From Candidatus Bathyarchaeota archaeon (GTDB lineage: Archaea; Thermoproteota; Bathyarchaeia; Bathyarchaeales; Bathycorpusculaceae): DNA of 64,000 nucleotides. The translations under genes were made by a program, and so were the position numbers. Every line of letters begins with the position of its first letter. Within the stretch, counting starts at the first letter, position 1. Positions 41,901 to 51,270 of the stretch are shown here, in pieces. Under the pieces are notes generated by a model. It was not told the origin of the DNA, did not search any database, and saw only the letters and a program-made list of their open reading frames with translations. The stretch covers positions 128,001-192,000 of the forward strand of contig OY970340.1 in the NCBI GenBank assembly GCA_963717465.1, given 5' to 3'.

Positions 41901-42272
41901 GTGGAGAGGGCAAACGTTATCAAAGAGGAGTTAACTAATGAGGAAAACCGTTTCTTAGCCGTTTACATTGAAGCAAAAAATAGTTGCTTAGTCTTGCTAA
42001 GCGAAAAAGAAGACAAACTTGGAACAACTGCTATAGCCGTACCAAAACCAGCAGACCAATTGGGTTTAGCTTCTTCTTCTGTGCTCGTCGGCGACAGAAA
42101 CGTTATTTCTGCACGAATGTTTGCTGAGTATGTTGCTGCGAAGAAAGGAAAAATCGCGGTTGTTTCTGTTTATCTGGATACCATTGATGAAATGCAGGCG
42201 CAGTCCATTTTCTTGAAGCTTCTTGAAAAGGTTCTGCAGGCGGAAAAAAGTAAAGAGGCAACTGCAACCTAA
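41901..42272 (+). CDS. Proteasome assembly chaperone 4 (PAC4/PSMG4)-like protein
   Basis: LGTTAIAVP...SSSVLVGD...ARMFAEYVAAKKGKIAVVSVYL parallels PAC4 L.NLAVAM...STSLLGD...LAQRLARKT.KQVFVSYNL (recognised from memory). Confidence 0.6.
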   Translation: MERANVIKEELTNEENRFLAVYIEAKNSCLVLLSEKEDKLGTTAIAVPKPADQLGLASSSVLVGDRNVISARMFAEYVAAKKGKIAVVSVYLDTIDEMQAQSIFLKLLEKVLQAEKSKEATAT

Positions 42273-42300
42273 AAATAGTCAAAGGTAAATCCTTTCGTGC

Positions 42301-42805
42301 ATGGTGAAGGAAACGATCCGCAAATTATCAAGTCGTGACTTCAACGCAATCTTAACTGTGGTAAATGATGCAGCTATTGCTTACAAGGGAGTTATTCCTT
42401 CTGACAGGTGGAAGGAACCTTACATGCCCGCTGATGAACTGGAATTGGAAATGAAGAGTGGAGTTCAGTTTTACGGAGTATTTTGAAGACAAAGAGTTAG
42501 TTGCTGCAATGGGGATTCAGTCGGTTAAAGATGTTACGTTAATCAGGCATGCATACGTGCTTACTAGTCGTCAACGCAGGGGACTTGGGGAAAAATTGCT
42601 GACTCATCTTAAGGGTTTAGCATTGACGCCTAAAGTTTATGTCGGAACATGGAGTGCTGCTTGGTGGGCAATTCGTTTCTACGAGAAGAACGGCTTTAAG
42701 CTGGTTTCGCAATCGGAAAAGGATAAACTCCTAAAAGAGTATTGGAATATTCCTGAAAGGCAAATAGAAACTTCTGTTGTACTTGAACTTAAAAGGCAAG
42801 CATGA
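42301..42805 (+). CDS. GNAT acetyltransferase (one frameshift)
   Basis: RHAYV...QRRGLG and AIRFYEKNGF. Confidence 0.85.
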
Positions 42806-43876
42806 TGAAAAAAACCTTAATTCTCAAAGTTGACAAGCAAAATCCTGAACTGGAAAAAATAAGGATTGCAGCAAAAAGGATACAGGATGGGGGATTAGTT
42901 GCTTTTCCAACTGAAACAGTTTATGGTTTAGGGGCAGATGCGTTAAATTCAACCGCGGTTTTAGCCCTTTTTGAGGCAAAAAAGCGACCCTTGGATAATC
43001 CGCCTATTGTTCACGTTGCAAATAAAAGCACAGTCTACGAACTTGCCAGGGATGTTTCACTTAAGGCTGAAAAGTTAATGAAAATAGTTTTGGCCTGGTC
43101 CATTAACATTGATTCTTAAGCATTCAAAAATCGTGCCGAAAGTCACAGTTACCGGTTTAGACACGATTGCATTGAGAATGCCCAATCATGAAGTTGCTTT
43201 AGCATTAATTAAGGAGAGTGGTTGCCCCATTGCAGCACCAAGCGCAAATCTCTCAGGCAAGCCAAGCCCAACATGTGCTCAGCATGTTTTTGACGATTTG
43301 AACGGAAGAATAGATGTTATTTTAGACGGAGGTGCCGCGGATGTTGGTGTTGAATCTACTGTCGTTGATTTAAGTGTTGATCCACCGATGATTCTTCGTC
43401 CAGGCGGAACACCGTTTGAGAAGTTAAAAGAGGTTCTTGGCGACTTGAAGCTTCATCCCATGGTTGAAGCTCAAGAAGAATTATCCATTGCACATGTGCC
43501 CTCGCCTGGAATGAAACATAAACATTACGCACCTAATGCACAAGTTATTCTTGTTGAAGGCGATGTCTCTTTAGTTGTCGAAAAAGTGAAAGCTTTGGCA
43601 GAGGATTACCGCCTTAAAGGATTCAAAGTTGGAATTTTAGCCACCGACGAAACTAAAGCCGCGTACAGGGCTGACGTAGTTAAAACGTTGGGGAGCCGTT
43701 CATACTTGGCGTCAATTGCTCAAAACCTGTTTAAACTCTTAAGAGAATTCGATTCAGAAAACGTGGACGTAATTATCGCTGAAGGCGTTTCTTCACAAGG
43801 ACTCGGCTTGGCTGTGCTAAACAGACTTCGCAAAGCTTCAGGCTATCACATCGTTAGAGTGGGAAACAGCAAATGA
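42802..43876 (+). CDS. sua5: Threonylcarbamoyl-AMP synthase Sua5 (one frameshift ~43085)
   Basis: AFPTETVYGLG, KKRPLDNP, APSANLSG, SPGMKHKHYAP, NRLRKA. Confidence 0.93.
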
Positions 43877-44060
43877 AGAGCCTCATGTTATGTAACGGTA
43901 GAATTACAGTCACATATTCTTAAATTATCGCTAAATCTTGTTAAATTGTATATTTCGTGTTAAATATCCCTTAGAAAAGACGAAGCATAACTGTCTTTTC
44001 ACTTGACGCGAAAGGAGAGAATTTCGAAAATGCAGGATTTTTGTTTTTGGAGGTGAAAGT

Positions 44061-44639
44061 TTGCCTGAACTATCCAAGGCAGAAAAAGATAAAATTCAAA
44101 AATCTAAAAAGAACAATAATCAAGCTAACAAAGAGCCACATGATATTGAAAAAAGTGATAAACCCAGGTTCGCTGAGGATTTAACGGAGAATGAAAAGCG
44201 GACTGGAGAGGAATCAGAGGATAATTGGGTTGCTAAAACTCAGTCGCCTATGGCAGGCAAAATTTCTGGCAGTATGGAGGATCTGGAGCGGATTCGTGAA
44301 TCCGAATTCTCAATGAGCGATGAAGTCAAAGAATGCATCCAAGATTGTGTAGACTGTTACAGAACATGCACAGAGACTCTGACAAGATGCCTAAGTTTAG
44401 GCGGTAAACATTCTGAAGGAAGGCATATCAACTTAATTATAGATTGCAGTAGAATATGCAATATTAACACTGATTTCATGCTGAGAAATTCAACCCATTA
44501 TTCGCAGACTTGCAAAGTCACCGCTGACATCTGCGATGCATGCGCCAACAACTGTGAAGAATTTGATGACGATTTCATGAAAGACTGCGCCAGCATTTGC
44601 AGAAAATGCGCTGAATCTTGCAGAGAAATGGCAAGATAA
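44061..44639 (+). CDS. Cys-rich four-helix-bundle copper storage protein (DUF326/Csp-like) with a charged N-terminal extension
   Basis: Repeated CxxxCxxC motifs (CIQDCVDCYRTC, CASICRKCAESC); strong GGAGGTGA SD. Confidence 0.8.
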   Translation: MPELSKAEKDKIQKSKKNNNQANKEPHDIEKSDKPRFAEDLTENEKRTGEESEDNWVAKTQSPMAGKISGSMEDLERIRESEFSMSDEVKECIQDCVDCYRTCTETLTRCLSLGGKHSEGRHINLIIDCSRICNINTDFMLRNSTHYSQTCKVTADICDACANNCEEFDDDFMKDCASICRKCAESCREMAR

Positions 44640-44794
44640 AACAAGTCTACTGATTAATTTAGAGTAAAATATTTTTGTCTATATAGATGTTCTTTGGATA
44701 TAACAGTCATTTTTCTTTAGCTATTCTATATCTTTAAAAGAGGACCGCGAAAGTGAACGACAATTGTCGCTGTTCACCGTCGCTGTCCAGGACC

Positions 44795-44974
44795 TCATCC
44801 ATTGTCATCACAGTTATTGCCTTGCTTGTTCAAACGCATTTGCTTTATGTATTCTCTTTCAGCCTCAATTCGTGCAACTTTCTCTTGACAATTCAGGCAG
44901 TAATCATGATTATCCCATGGAGCAAGATACTCGCCAAGCGAAATCCCGCACCTTTGACATTTATACTCTGGCAT
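44795..44974 (-). CDS. Small Zn-finger protein, 59 aa (not in ORF track)
   Basis: MPEYKCQRCGISLGEYLAPWDNHDYCLNCQEKVARIE...; upstream TATA-like sequence. Confidence 0.7.
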   Translation of the reverse strand: MPEYKCQRCGISLGEYLAPWDNHDYCLNCQEKVARIEAEREYIKQMRLNKQGNNCDDNG

Positions 44975-45533
44975 CTTCTAAACCTAACGAAAACTAGGTT
45001 AATAATAATTTAAACTTTACCGAGGGCGGGATGATATTAAAAAAATGGAGTTTGGATCATTATTCAAAGAAAATAAAGCTTTTACTCAAGCGCTACCAAA
45101 TGAAATGGAAACACTTGGCTGAAACAGGATTTCAGGCAAGGCGAAAACTGATAAAAAGTAAGGTTGCTCAAATGAAGACAAAAAACACGTGCATCAATTG
45201 TGCAATGTTGAATTGTGGTGTCAGGTTTGCCTGTGAAGATAATGAACTCGAGATCCCAATTCAAAAAATTCAAGAAAACATCGAAAACACCGCTACTACC
45301 GCTCAAGTTATAGAGCCAAACCTTGTTGCTAAACCTGACAAGCCATCAAAGAAGTAGTATCAAGAACCCTTTTACAAACTAATTTTTCCATTCCTAACAG
45401 CTTGAAGTTATAATTTCAAGTTTAGGCGTGCGTCTTGTTGGTGATCATGGTTTTTTGAGCCTTTTTGAAGCGAATTCGCAGTAACGTTTAAGATTAGGAT
45501 AATGGCTAACTGCTTTTTTAGGGGAAGGATTCA

Positions 45534-47615
45534 TTGAGTATCAAACGGTTAGGTTTACTGTTTGCAGTTTTGCTATGCTTTATTTTGGCATATTCTGCTT
45601 TTAATCTAAAAGCTGTTTCTGCAGATTCCGCAAGCTGGCCCATGTTCCATGCTGATTCCGCTCATAGCGGCGTTGGCACGGATAATTTAACAGTCAGCGA
45701 CAGCCTGCTTTGGAGTTACACGACTTACGGCCAAGTTTGGTCTTCGCCAGCTGTCGTCGGCAATATCGTCTATATAGGTTCAACTGACCATAACGTGTAT
45801 GCTCTAAACGCTAGCACAGGAAGTAAAATTTGGAATTATACTACAGGTTACTATATTGTTACTTCTCCAGCAGTCGCAAACGGCATAGTGTACATCGGCT
45901 CTGAAGACGACCAAATCTACGCTTTAAACGCCTCCTCAGGAGCTTGGATATGGAACTACACAACAGGTGACCAGATCAATACTTCACCCACAGTCGTTAA
46001 CGGTATAGTTTATTTTGGTTCAGACGATGCAAACGTTTATGCTTTAAATGCTTCCTCGGGTGCCTATATTTGGAATTTCACGACAGGAAAATCACTTGGA
46101 TCAAGTAGCCCTGCAGTAGTCGGCGGCGTTGTCTACATAGGCTCTGAAGACCATAACATTTATGCTTTGAACGCTTTAACGGGCACTCAGATTTGGAATT
46201 TTACAACTGGAAACGCAACTTTTTCCAGCCCTGCTGTAATAAACGGCGTAGTTTACGTAGGTGACTATGACCAACACGTTTATGCTTTAAACGCTTCCAC
46301 CGGCTTAGAAATTTGGAATTTCACCACCGGGAACCAAGTCAACGCGTCACCTGCTGTAAGCGGAGGAGTTGTGTATGTCGGTTCATTAGATAATAATACT
46401 TATGCGTTAAATGCCGCGTCAGGCACCCAAATTTGGAATTATACAACTGGAAACGAAGTTGGTTCTTCAGCCGCTATTGTTAACGGCGTTGTTTATGTTG
46501 GCTCTCATGATGACAGCTTTTATGCTTTGAATGCCACCACTGGCTCAAAACTTTGGAGCTATGCCACCGGCGGCGAGATTAGATCTTCTCCAGCTGTCGT
46601 GGGCGGAGTTGCTTATTTTGGATCCTTGGATGATAATGTTTACGCCATAGGTACATCTAACTCGTCAAACTCTTCAAGTTCGCCATCACCATCACCCAGC
46701 CCATCAAGCTCGCCAAGCTCGTCACCTTCACCCAATCTGTCAAACTCGTTAACTGCGTTTCAATCAGCTTTATCCTCTGCGTTATCCTCAGTTTATTCAT
46801 CTTTAACCAGAAACGTTTGGGTTCCTTCACAAAAAACAAGTGCCGCTTATGCTGTTGCTGCATCAGCGGTTGTGTTAGGGTCTGTTTCAGTACTGTTTTC
46901 CTTGCTGAGTAACCCCTTAGGAGGGGCTGGTGGAGCAGCAGGTGAAAAGCTTAATGGTCTTATTCCTAATAATATAAAGCAGTGGCTTGAAGATTTTATT
47001 TCTTCTAAACATAAACTCGGAGTCGAAGAGAAGAAAGGTTTTATATTCAGACCTACGGGAACGGAGATTTTGGCGTACGCCATTTCAATCGTTGCTCTCA
47101 CAATTTCCTTTTCATACGTCAAAGTAGCTTCAATTGATCAAATATTGCAGGTACTTCCAGTCTTTTTTGCAACAAGCATCCTTGTGGGTTTTGCACAAAA
47201 GTTCTTTTCAATTGTTTACATGCGAAGTAAAGGCGTTTGGAGCGAGCATAAGATTTGGCCTCTCGGCTTAGCTATGTTTCTTGTAACAACTTTCGTGTTT
47301 AAGGTTCCCTTTTCTGCCCCAACGAAAAGTGAGCATAAAGAGGATGAACGTGCCGAAAAATTGGGTGCTATTGCCTCTGCATCGGAAATTCTTATCAGCC
47401 TAGCTTTTGGCTGCATCTTCTTTGTTCTGTTGATTTTAGGCTACGGAGGCATAGGTGGAGCTGGCTTAACAATGTGCGTAATAGGCTCTTTCTTTGGAAC
47501 CTTACCTATAACACCGATGAGTGGAAAAGACATTTTTGACCATAAAAAGTCTCTATGGGCAACACTTTTTGTCGTAACATTAATTATCTTTGTCGCCTGG
47601 CTATTTTTACTGTAA
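45534..47615 (+). CDS. Secreted PQQ/BamB-type beta-propeller with Ser/Pro linker and C-terminal multi-TM domain
   Basis: Signal peptide, WPMFH, eight SSPAV..G.VY.GS.D..YALNA repeats, (SP)n linker and a hydrophobic C-terminus. Confidence 0.88.
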   Translation: MSIKRLGLLFAVLLCFILAYSAFNLKAVSADSASWPMFHADSAHSGVGTDNLTVSDSLLWSYTTYGQVWSSPAVVGNIVYIGSTDHNVYALNASTGSKIWNYTTGYYIVTSPAVANGIVYIGSEDDQIYALNASSGAWIWNYTTGDQINTSPTVVNGIVYFGSDDANVYALNASSGAYIWNFTTGKSLGSSSPAVVGGVVYIGSEDHNIYALNALTGTQIWNFTTGNATFSSPAVINGVVYVGDYDQHVYALNASTGLEIWNFTTGNQVNASPAVSGGVVYVGSLDNNTYALNAASGTQIWNYTTGNEVGSSAAIVNGVVYVGSHDDSFYALNATTGSKLWSYATGGEIRSSPAVVGGVAYFGSLDDNVYAIGTSNSSNSSSSPSPSPSPSSSPSSSPSPNLSNSLTAFQSALSSALSSVYSSLTRNVWVPSQKTSAAYAVAASAVVLGSVSVLFSLLSNPLGGAGGAAGEKLNGLIPNNIKQWLEDFISSKHKLGVEEKKGFIFRPTGTEILAYAISIVALTISFSYVKVASIDQILQVLPVFFATSILVGFAQKFFSIVYMRSKGVWSEHKIWPLGLAMFLVTTFVFKVPFSAPTKSEHKEDERAEKLGAIASASEILISLAFGCIFFVLLILGYGGIGGAGLTMCVIGSFFGTLPITPMSGKDIFDHKKSLWATLFVVTLIIFVAWLFLL
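45706..46650 (+). repeat. Eight tandem ~120-bp coding repeats (propeller blades)
   Basis: ~40-aa unit W(N/S)(Y/F)TTG...SSPAV...YALNAS recurs at ~120-bp spacing. Confidence 0.85.
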
Positions 47616-47754
47616 TCACAAATAACCAGTTAAGCCCTTTTTCTCAGTGCTTTTCGCTTGAAGTTGCTATTAATCTCCAAGCGTCCAATAAAGCGTACAA
47701 TAAACATAAATACACGCTTATAAAGAGAGTATAGAAAAAAAGGGGAGGGCTAAA

Positions 47755-47979
47755 ATGGCAGAAACACAAAAACCAGCTACAACAAGCAGTACAAGTAACA
47801 AGAACTTGCATGCCATCATTCTCGCTGTAGTAGGAATCATCGTATTCATTGCCGGTCTATTAGTTGCAACTGTTCGTGGAACAGGTCTACGCGGTTCAGG
47901 TTTAGGCACAGTTTTAATCGTGATAGGCGTCGTGATGCTACTTATTGCTATCTTAAGATTCTATTATAAACGCAAATAG
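47755..47979 (+). CDS. Small two-TM membrane protein
   Basis: Two hydrophobic helices, basic tail, GGAGG SD. Confidence 0.75.
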   Translation: MAETQKPATTSSTSNKNLHAIILAVVGIIVFIAGLLVATVRGTGLRGSGLGTVLIVIGVVMLLIAILRFYYKRK

Positions 47980-48314
47980 AAAAAAATTTTTTTCTTAAGT
48001 TCACCCACTTTTTTTAATTATTGTTCTATATTAAAAATGCAATAACCAAATTCTTAGGTGCCCAAAGCTAGTGTTATCCTCTTAGCCACTGAAATAACCA
48101 GTTACTCAGTGGCAAGCGATTTAGAACCAGTGGGATTCCATATTTAATTGATTTTTTTTAGTAAATATGAAATGATTATTAATTATTAATATTCGATTCA
48201 GAAGCCATATCTAGAAATCGTTAATTCGCATGATATGCCGCAAAGAAAACCATTTGGACCAGCTAAAAAATGTTCTCTGTTGAATGGCTTGTTTAACACT
48301 CACATGCCCTTGAC

Positions 48315-48411
48315 AAAAATAGTCTTTCTGCAGTAGTGGCTATAGGTTTAGAATGCGTTTTCCTATAGCCACCACACGGTGAATAACGCGTTGCTTGGTA
48401 AACCACGCGCG
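48315..48411 (-). ncRNA. Putative small RNA driven by promoter-module copy D
   Basis: No ORF; 5' hairpin, a single-stranded linker UAUUCACC, a 14-bp stem GUGGUGGCUAUAGG/CCUAUAGCCACUAC (48375-48362 with 48346-48333) and a U-tract. Confidence 0.55.
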
Positions 48412-48429
48412 TGAATAAAGTGACTTAAT

Positions 48430-48546
48430 GGATATTTAAGTTGCGTTAACTGTTGGGTTCGACTTTGTACTCCAAAATGTTGCTTTATGGGCAAATATTG
48501 TTAACATTATTGCGTATAACATATTCTTTTTGATACAATGTGCAAT
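48430..48546 (-). promoter_or_regulatory. Conserved promoter module, copy D (no downstream ORF)
   Basis: GATATTTAAG at 48431, CAAAAT at the same offset as in copy A, TAACATTAT at 48502 and GATACAATGTGCAA at 48532. Confidence 0.75.
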
Positions 48547-48697
48547 ATCATTTTAATCATAAGGGCATGGTCAAGCAAGAGCCATTTTCAGCACTCATCA
48601 GCGTGAGCCGTAGTTTAAGCTAGCCTGGTTTTCAGCGTGCTACCGTCAACGACACGATTTTTCGTGTAAATTGCCATTTCTAAGTCTTAGTATGATG

Positions 48698-49270
48698 TTA
48701 TTGTTTTTTATTGTGCCCAGGGCTTGATGCAAAAGGAAACAGTAATTCCAGGTCTTTGTATGAGAATGGTTTTGGATACAACTTGTCTGTGTAAAACATG
48801 ATTGCATGTCTTTCCATGTGTGGCTGGTACATACCGGATATATCATCTTTTATTTTCTGGGTGAATTCTATAAAGGCATCATAATTTTTGTGCACAGTTA
48901 TAGCAAACCAGTTTGTTCCTTCTAAACCTTGATTTTCTAAGAGGCATAATATTTCAGGATTTTTCTGCGCCAACACATGAGCCTCTTTTAATTGCGCTTG
49001 GGATAAATTATCAGTAGTTGAAGCAAATGAAACGACAATAACGCCTAGTCCTAACTTGCTCAAGTTGGGTTCAACAGTGTACGCTTTTATGTAACCCTTC
49101 TGCTCCAAATTTCTTCTTCGCCTAGACAATGATGTGTTACTTATCCCCAAAACTTTAGCGATCTCCCTATCGCTTTTACCACTCAGCGCCATCAGAGCAA
49201 ACAAAATTTTTAAGTTCTGCTCGAAATTCCTCTCCGCCCTATCTTGTTTACTCTTAAGTTTCTTGTTCAT
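48698..49270 (-). CDS. Lrp/AsnC-family transcriptional regulator
   Basis: HTH KSDREIAKVLGISNTSLSRRRRNLEQKGYIKAYTV.PNLSKLG followed by a RAM-like domain. Confidence 0.88.
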   Translation of the reverse strand: MNKKLKSKQDRAERNFEQNLKILFALMALSGKSDREIAKVLGISNTSLSRRRRNLEQKGYIKAYTVEPNLSKLGLGVIVVSFASTTDNLSQAQLKEAHVLAQKNPEILCLLENQGLEGTNWFAITVHKNYDAFIEFTQKIKDDISGMYQPHMERHAIMFYTDKLYPKPFSYKDLELLFPFASSPGHNKKQ

Positions 49271-49292
49271 CACTGACAATATTCAATTTTAA

Positions 49293-49309
49293 CGGCTTTA
49301 AGTCTTTTC
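49293..49309 (-). promoter_or_regulatory. BRE/TATA promoter of Lrp paralog 2
   Basis: 17-mer identical to 112-128. Confidence 0.75.
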
Positions 49310-49459
49310 ATAGAATTTCTTTTCATCTCTAAGGTAAAATATTGAAACTTTGTAAACAGTAGCGTTCAAAAACAGCGAAAATGTTGCAGCAAACAAAATT
49401 TTAGTCTTTAGCATATTTTAGAAAAAAAGGAATGCACTTTAGGCTGACTACTATGAAGA

Positions 49460-49624
49460 CTTTTCACTTTTAACCCCTGATATATATGGATAAGCCCATT
49501 AGCGATAGCGTAGATTATTTTCAGCTTAGCCTCAACTGCTTCTCTTGCCACTGCAACAGTGCATCCTCATTTTAGTCAATTACATCTTAGCGAGGGGTTC
49601 AAGTATGTCAGCCTTAGTTGCCAG
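49460..49624 (-). pseudogene. mttC: Degraded 5' remnant of a corrinoid protein gene
   Basis: Reads LATKADILEPLAK/..ID*NED../VAVAREAVEAKLKIIYAI, versus MVTKAEVLEHLAKAIIDYNEDEAVAAAKEAVENKLEIMDAI of 255-908; indels, a stop, and the rest deleted. Confidence 0.85.
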
Positions 49625-49644
49625 AAAGCTTTCTTTCCTTCTTC

Positions 49645-51219
49645 TTAGAATCTTGCGCCTGTTCCTGTTTTGTCTGCTACGTAACCGCCGATCTGGTACA
49701 TTTTGTCGTACTTGGCTATTATTGCATTCATTCTGTCTGCTACGTCTTTTGGTGGCAATGGAGCAGGGAATTCCTTAATGATCTTCTGGGTTAGAGCGTA
49801 TGCACGGTCATCCATGTTAAGTTTGTCTTCGATCCAACGTAGATATTGTCTTGTTTCGTATAAGCCGTAACCGTGACGCATTGGATAAAAGCCAGTGTCT
49901 ACCATGTTCTTTAGCGTGAATGGGTCTTTCATGAAGTCTCCTCTTGGACCCTTTGCAAGCCAGCCGCTGTAATTGTATGAATCGGTTGAAAAGTCAAGGT
50001 CTTTGAAGTAAAATGTCATCATCTTGATGACTTCAGCCGTGATAGCGTAACCTTCGGGTCGGATTCCGTTTGGTCCAACAGTTACTGACCAGCATCCATG
50101 TTGATCGGTGCCGCTTTGAAGTGCATTAAACGTGTGGTAAGATAAGAGACCGTTTTGCGTATCTGAAGCACCTGCTGTGCCGCCTATGGCTCCTCCGGGC
50201 CACATGGTAGCTTTTGGGTGATTGTAGTTTCGGTGCCAAAAGTTTACGTGCAGAGCTAGTCCTTTGCTGAATTGATCTCCGCAGGCTGCTAACATTTGAG
50301 TGTAGGGTTCCATGGGCATTACCAGGTCGTAAGTCATGTCAGGGATGTATCCTTTTCCAACTCCATTCTTTCCAAGACCTAAACCTACTGCCATGGATGC
50401 GGATGCGGCAACAGTCACTGCGTAAGCTCCAGTTAAGGTGCATGGACCTTGGAACCCAGGTATGCAAACATCAGTATGATCTATAAGCAGGGGTCTGCCT
50501 TTCTCCCAGCCTTCTAGTGTTCCAGTCATTCTGTCACTGGTTTTTTGGCCGAAAACTAAGCCTGGAGTATCTCCATGGTTGGTGATGAAGGGTCTTTTCT
50601 GAAGCTCTTCGAATCCTCCAAGAACCTCAGCTGCTAACTCAGTGTAACATTCAATATGATCAATTGCGTCAATGTGCCAAATGTGCTTGGTATTGCATTG
50701 AATAGTACTGTTAAGGTCATGAGTGTCTACGGGTAAGCCAGCTTCTGCCAGATCCATAGGCAGAAAAATTGGACTAACCATATCGAACTCGTTAAAGTAC
50801 TCAGTAATTTTTTGTTCTCTCCAGTTATCAGCATCCACGCAGTCTCGGAAATCGAATTTTCTTGTTTCCGGAACCCATTTACCGTATAGAGCCATAATTC
50901 CGAAGGCTCCAGCGAAAGTTCTGTTGCTCCCAGCCACCATGAGAATATCATTCTGCGGCGTTCGCCCAGGCAAAATCATCTCGCTCGGTATTGCATTTAC
51001 GGCTTCCACAGCTACATTTTGAGGTATCTTTACGACTCCTTTCTTTTCATCAACAATGGTGCAGCCAAGTTCTTTGTAGATTTTTTGAAGCTTAGGAGTT
51101 ACTCCTCCTACTCCGATTCTTTCAAGAAGGAACATTGCTGCTCCATGAATTGTTGAAAGTTCTACGTCAGTCGCAATCGGTGGAGCAAATCTTCTAGGTA
51201 CAGATATACCGTATCTCAA
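49645..51219 (-). CDS. mttB: MttB-superfamily methyltransferase, non-pyrrolysine (paralog 2)
   Basis: 524 aa, closely similar over its whole length to 933-2507; DTQNGLLS at the Pyl-equivalent motif. Confidence 0.82.
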   Translation of the reverse strand: MRYGISVPRRFAPPIATDVELSTIHGAAMFLLERIGVGGVTPKLQKIYKELGCTIVDEKKGVVKIPQNVAVEAVNAIPSEMILPGRTPQNDILMVAGSNRTFAGAFGIMALYGKWVPETRKFDFRDCVDADNWREQKITEYFNEFDMVSPIFLPMDLAEAGLPVDTHDLNSTIQCNTKHIWHIDAIDHIECYTELAAEVLGGFEELQKRPFITNHGDTPGLVFGQKTSDRMTGTLEGWEKGRPLLIDHTDVCIPGFQGPCTLTGAYAVTVAASASMAVGLGLGKNGVGKGYIPDMTYDLVMPMEPYTQMLAACGDQFSKGLALHVNFWHRNYNHPKATMWPGGAIGGTAGASDTQNGLLSYHTFNALQSGTDQHGCWSVTVGPNGIRPEGYAITAEVIKMMTFYFKDLDFSTDSYNYSGWLAKGPRGDFMKDPFTLKNMVDTGFYPMRHGYGLYETRQYLRWIEDKLNMDDRAYALTQKIIKEFPAPLPPKDVADRMNAIIAKYDKMYQIGGYVADKTGTGARF

Positions 51220-51270
51220 TTTTAATTTCTCCCTTTTTTACGTTTTTTAGAACAAAATAAGATATATAAT

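Noticed and set aside
8779..43876. Programmed frameshifting or mass pseudogenisation in trm5, rtcA, aglB, sua5, xpd and others
   Set aside because: Single-base indels are scattered through conserved housekeeping genes with otherwise intact motifs and no common slippery site. Sequencing or assembly error is most likely; read mapping would settle it.
44753..45013. Plus-strand ORFs 44753-45013 and 44764-44997 (and similar antisense ORFs elsewhere in the track)
   Set aside because: They are shadow frames of better-supported genes; here the minus-strand CxxC-CxxC ORF 44795-44974 is more plausible.
45706..46650. CRISPR-like periodic repeats
   Set aside because: These are degenerate in-frame ~120-bp protein repeats. 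No identical repeats with unique spacers and no cas genes are seen in the window.
48303..48569. CATGCCCTT/AAGGGCATG inverted repeat flanking promoter copy D as MITE ends
   Set aside because: Only 9 bp are perfect, there is no clear target-site duplication, and it is absent around the other module copies.
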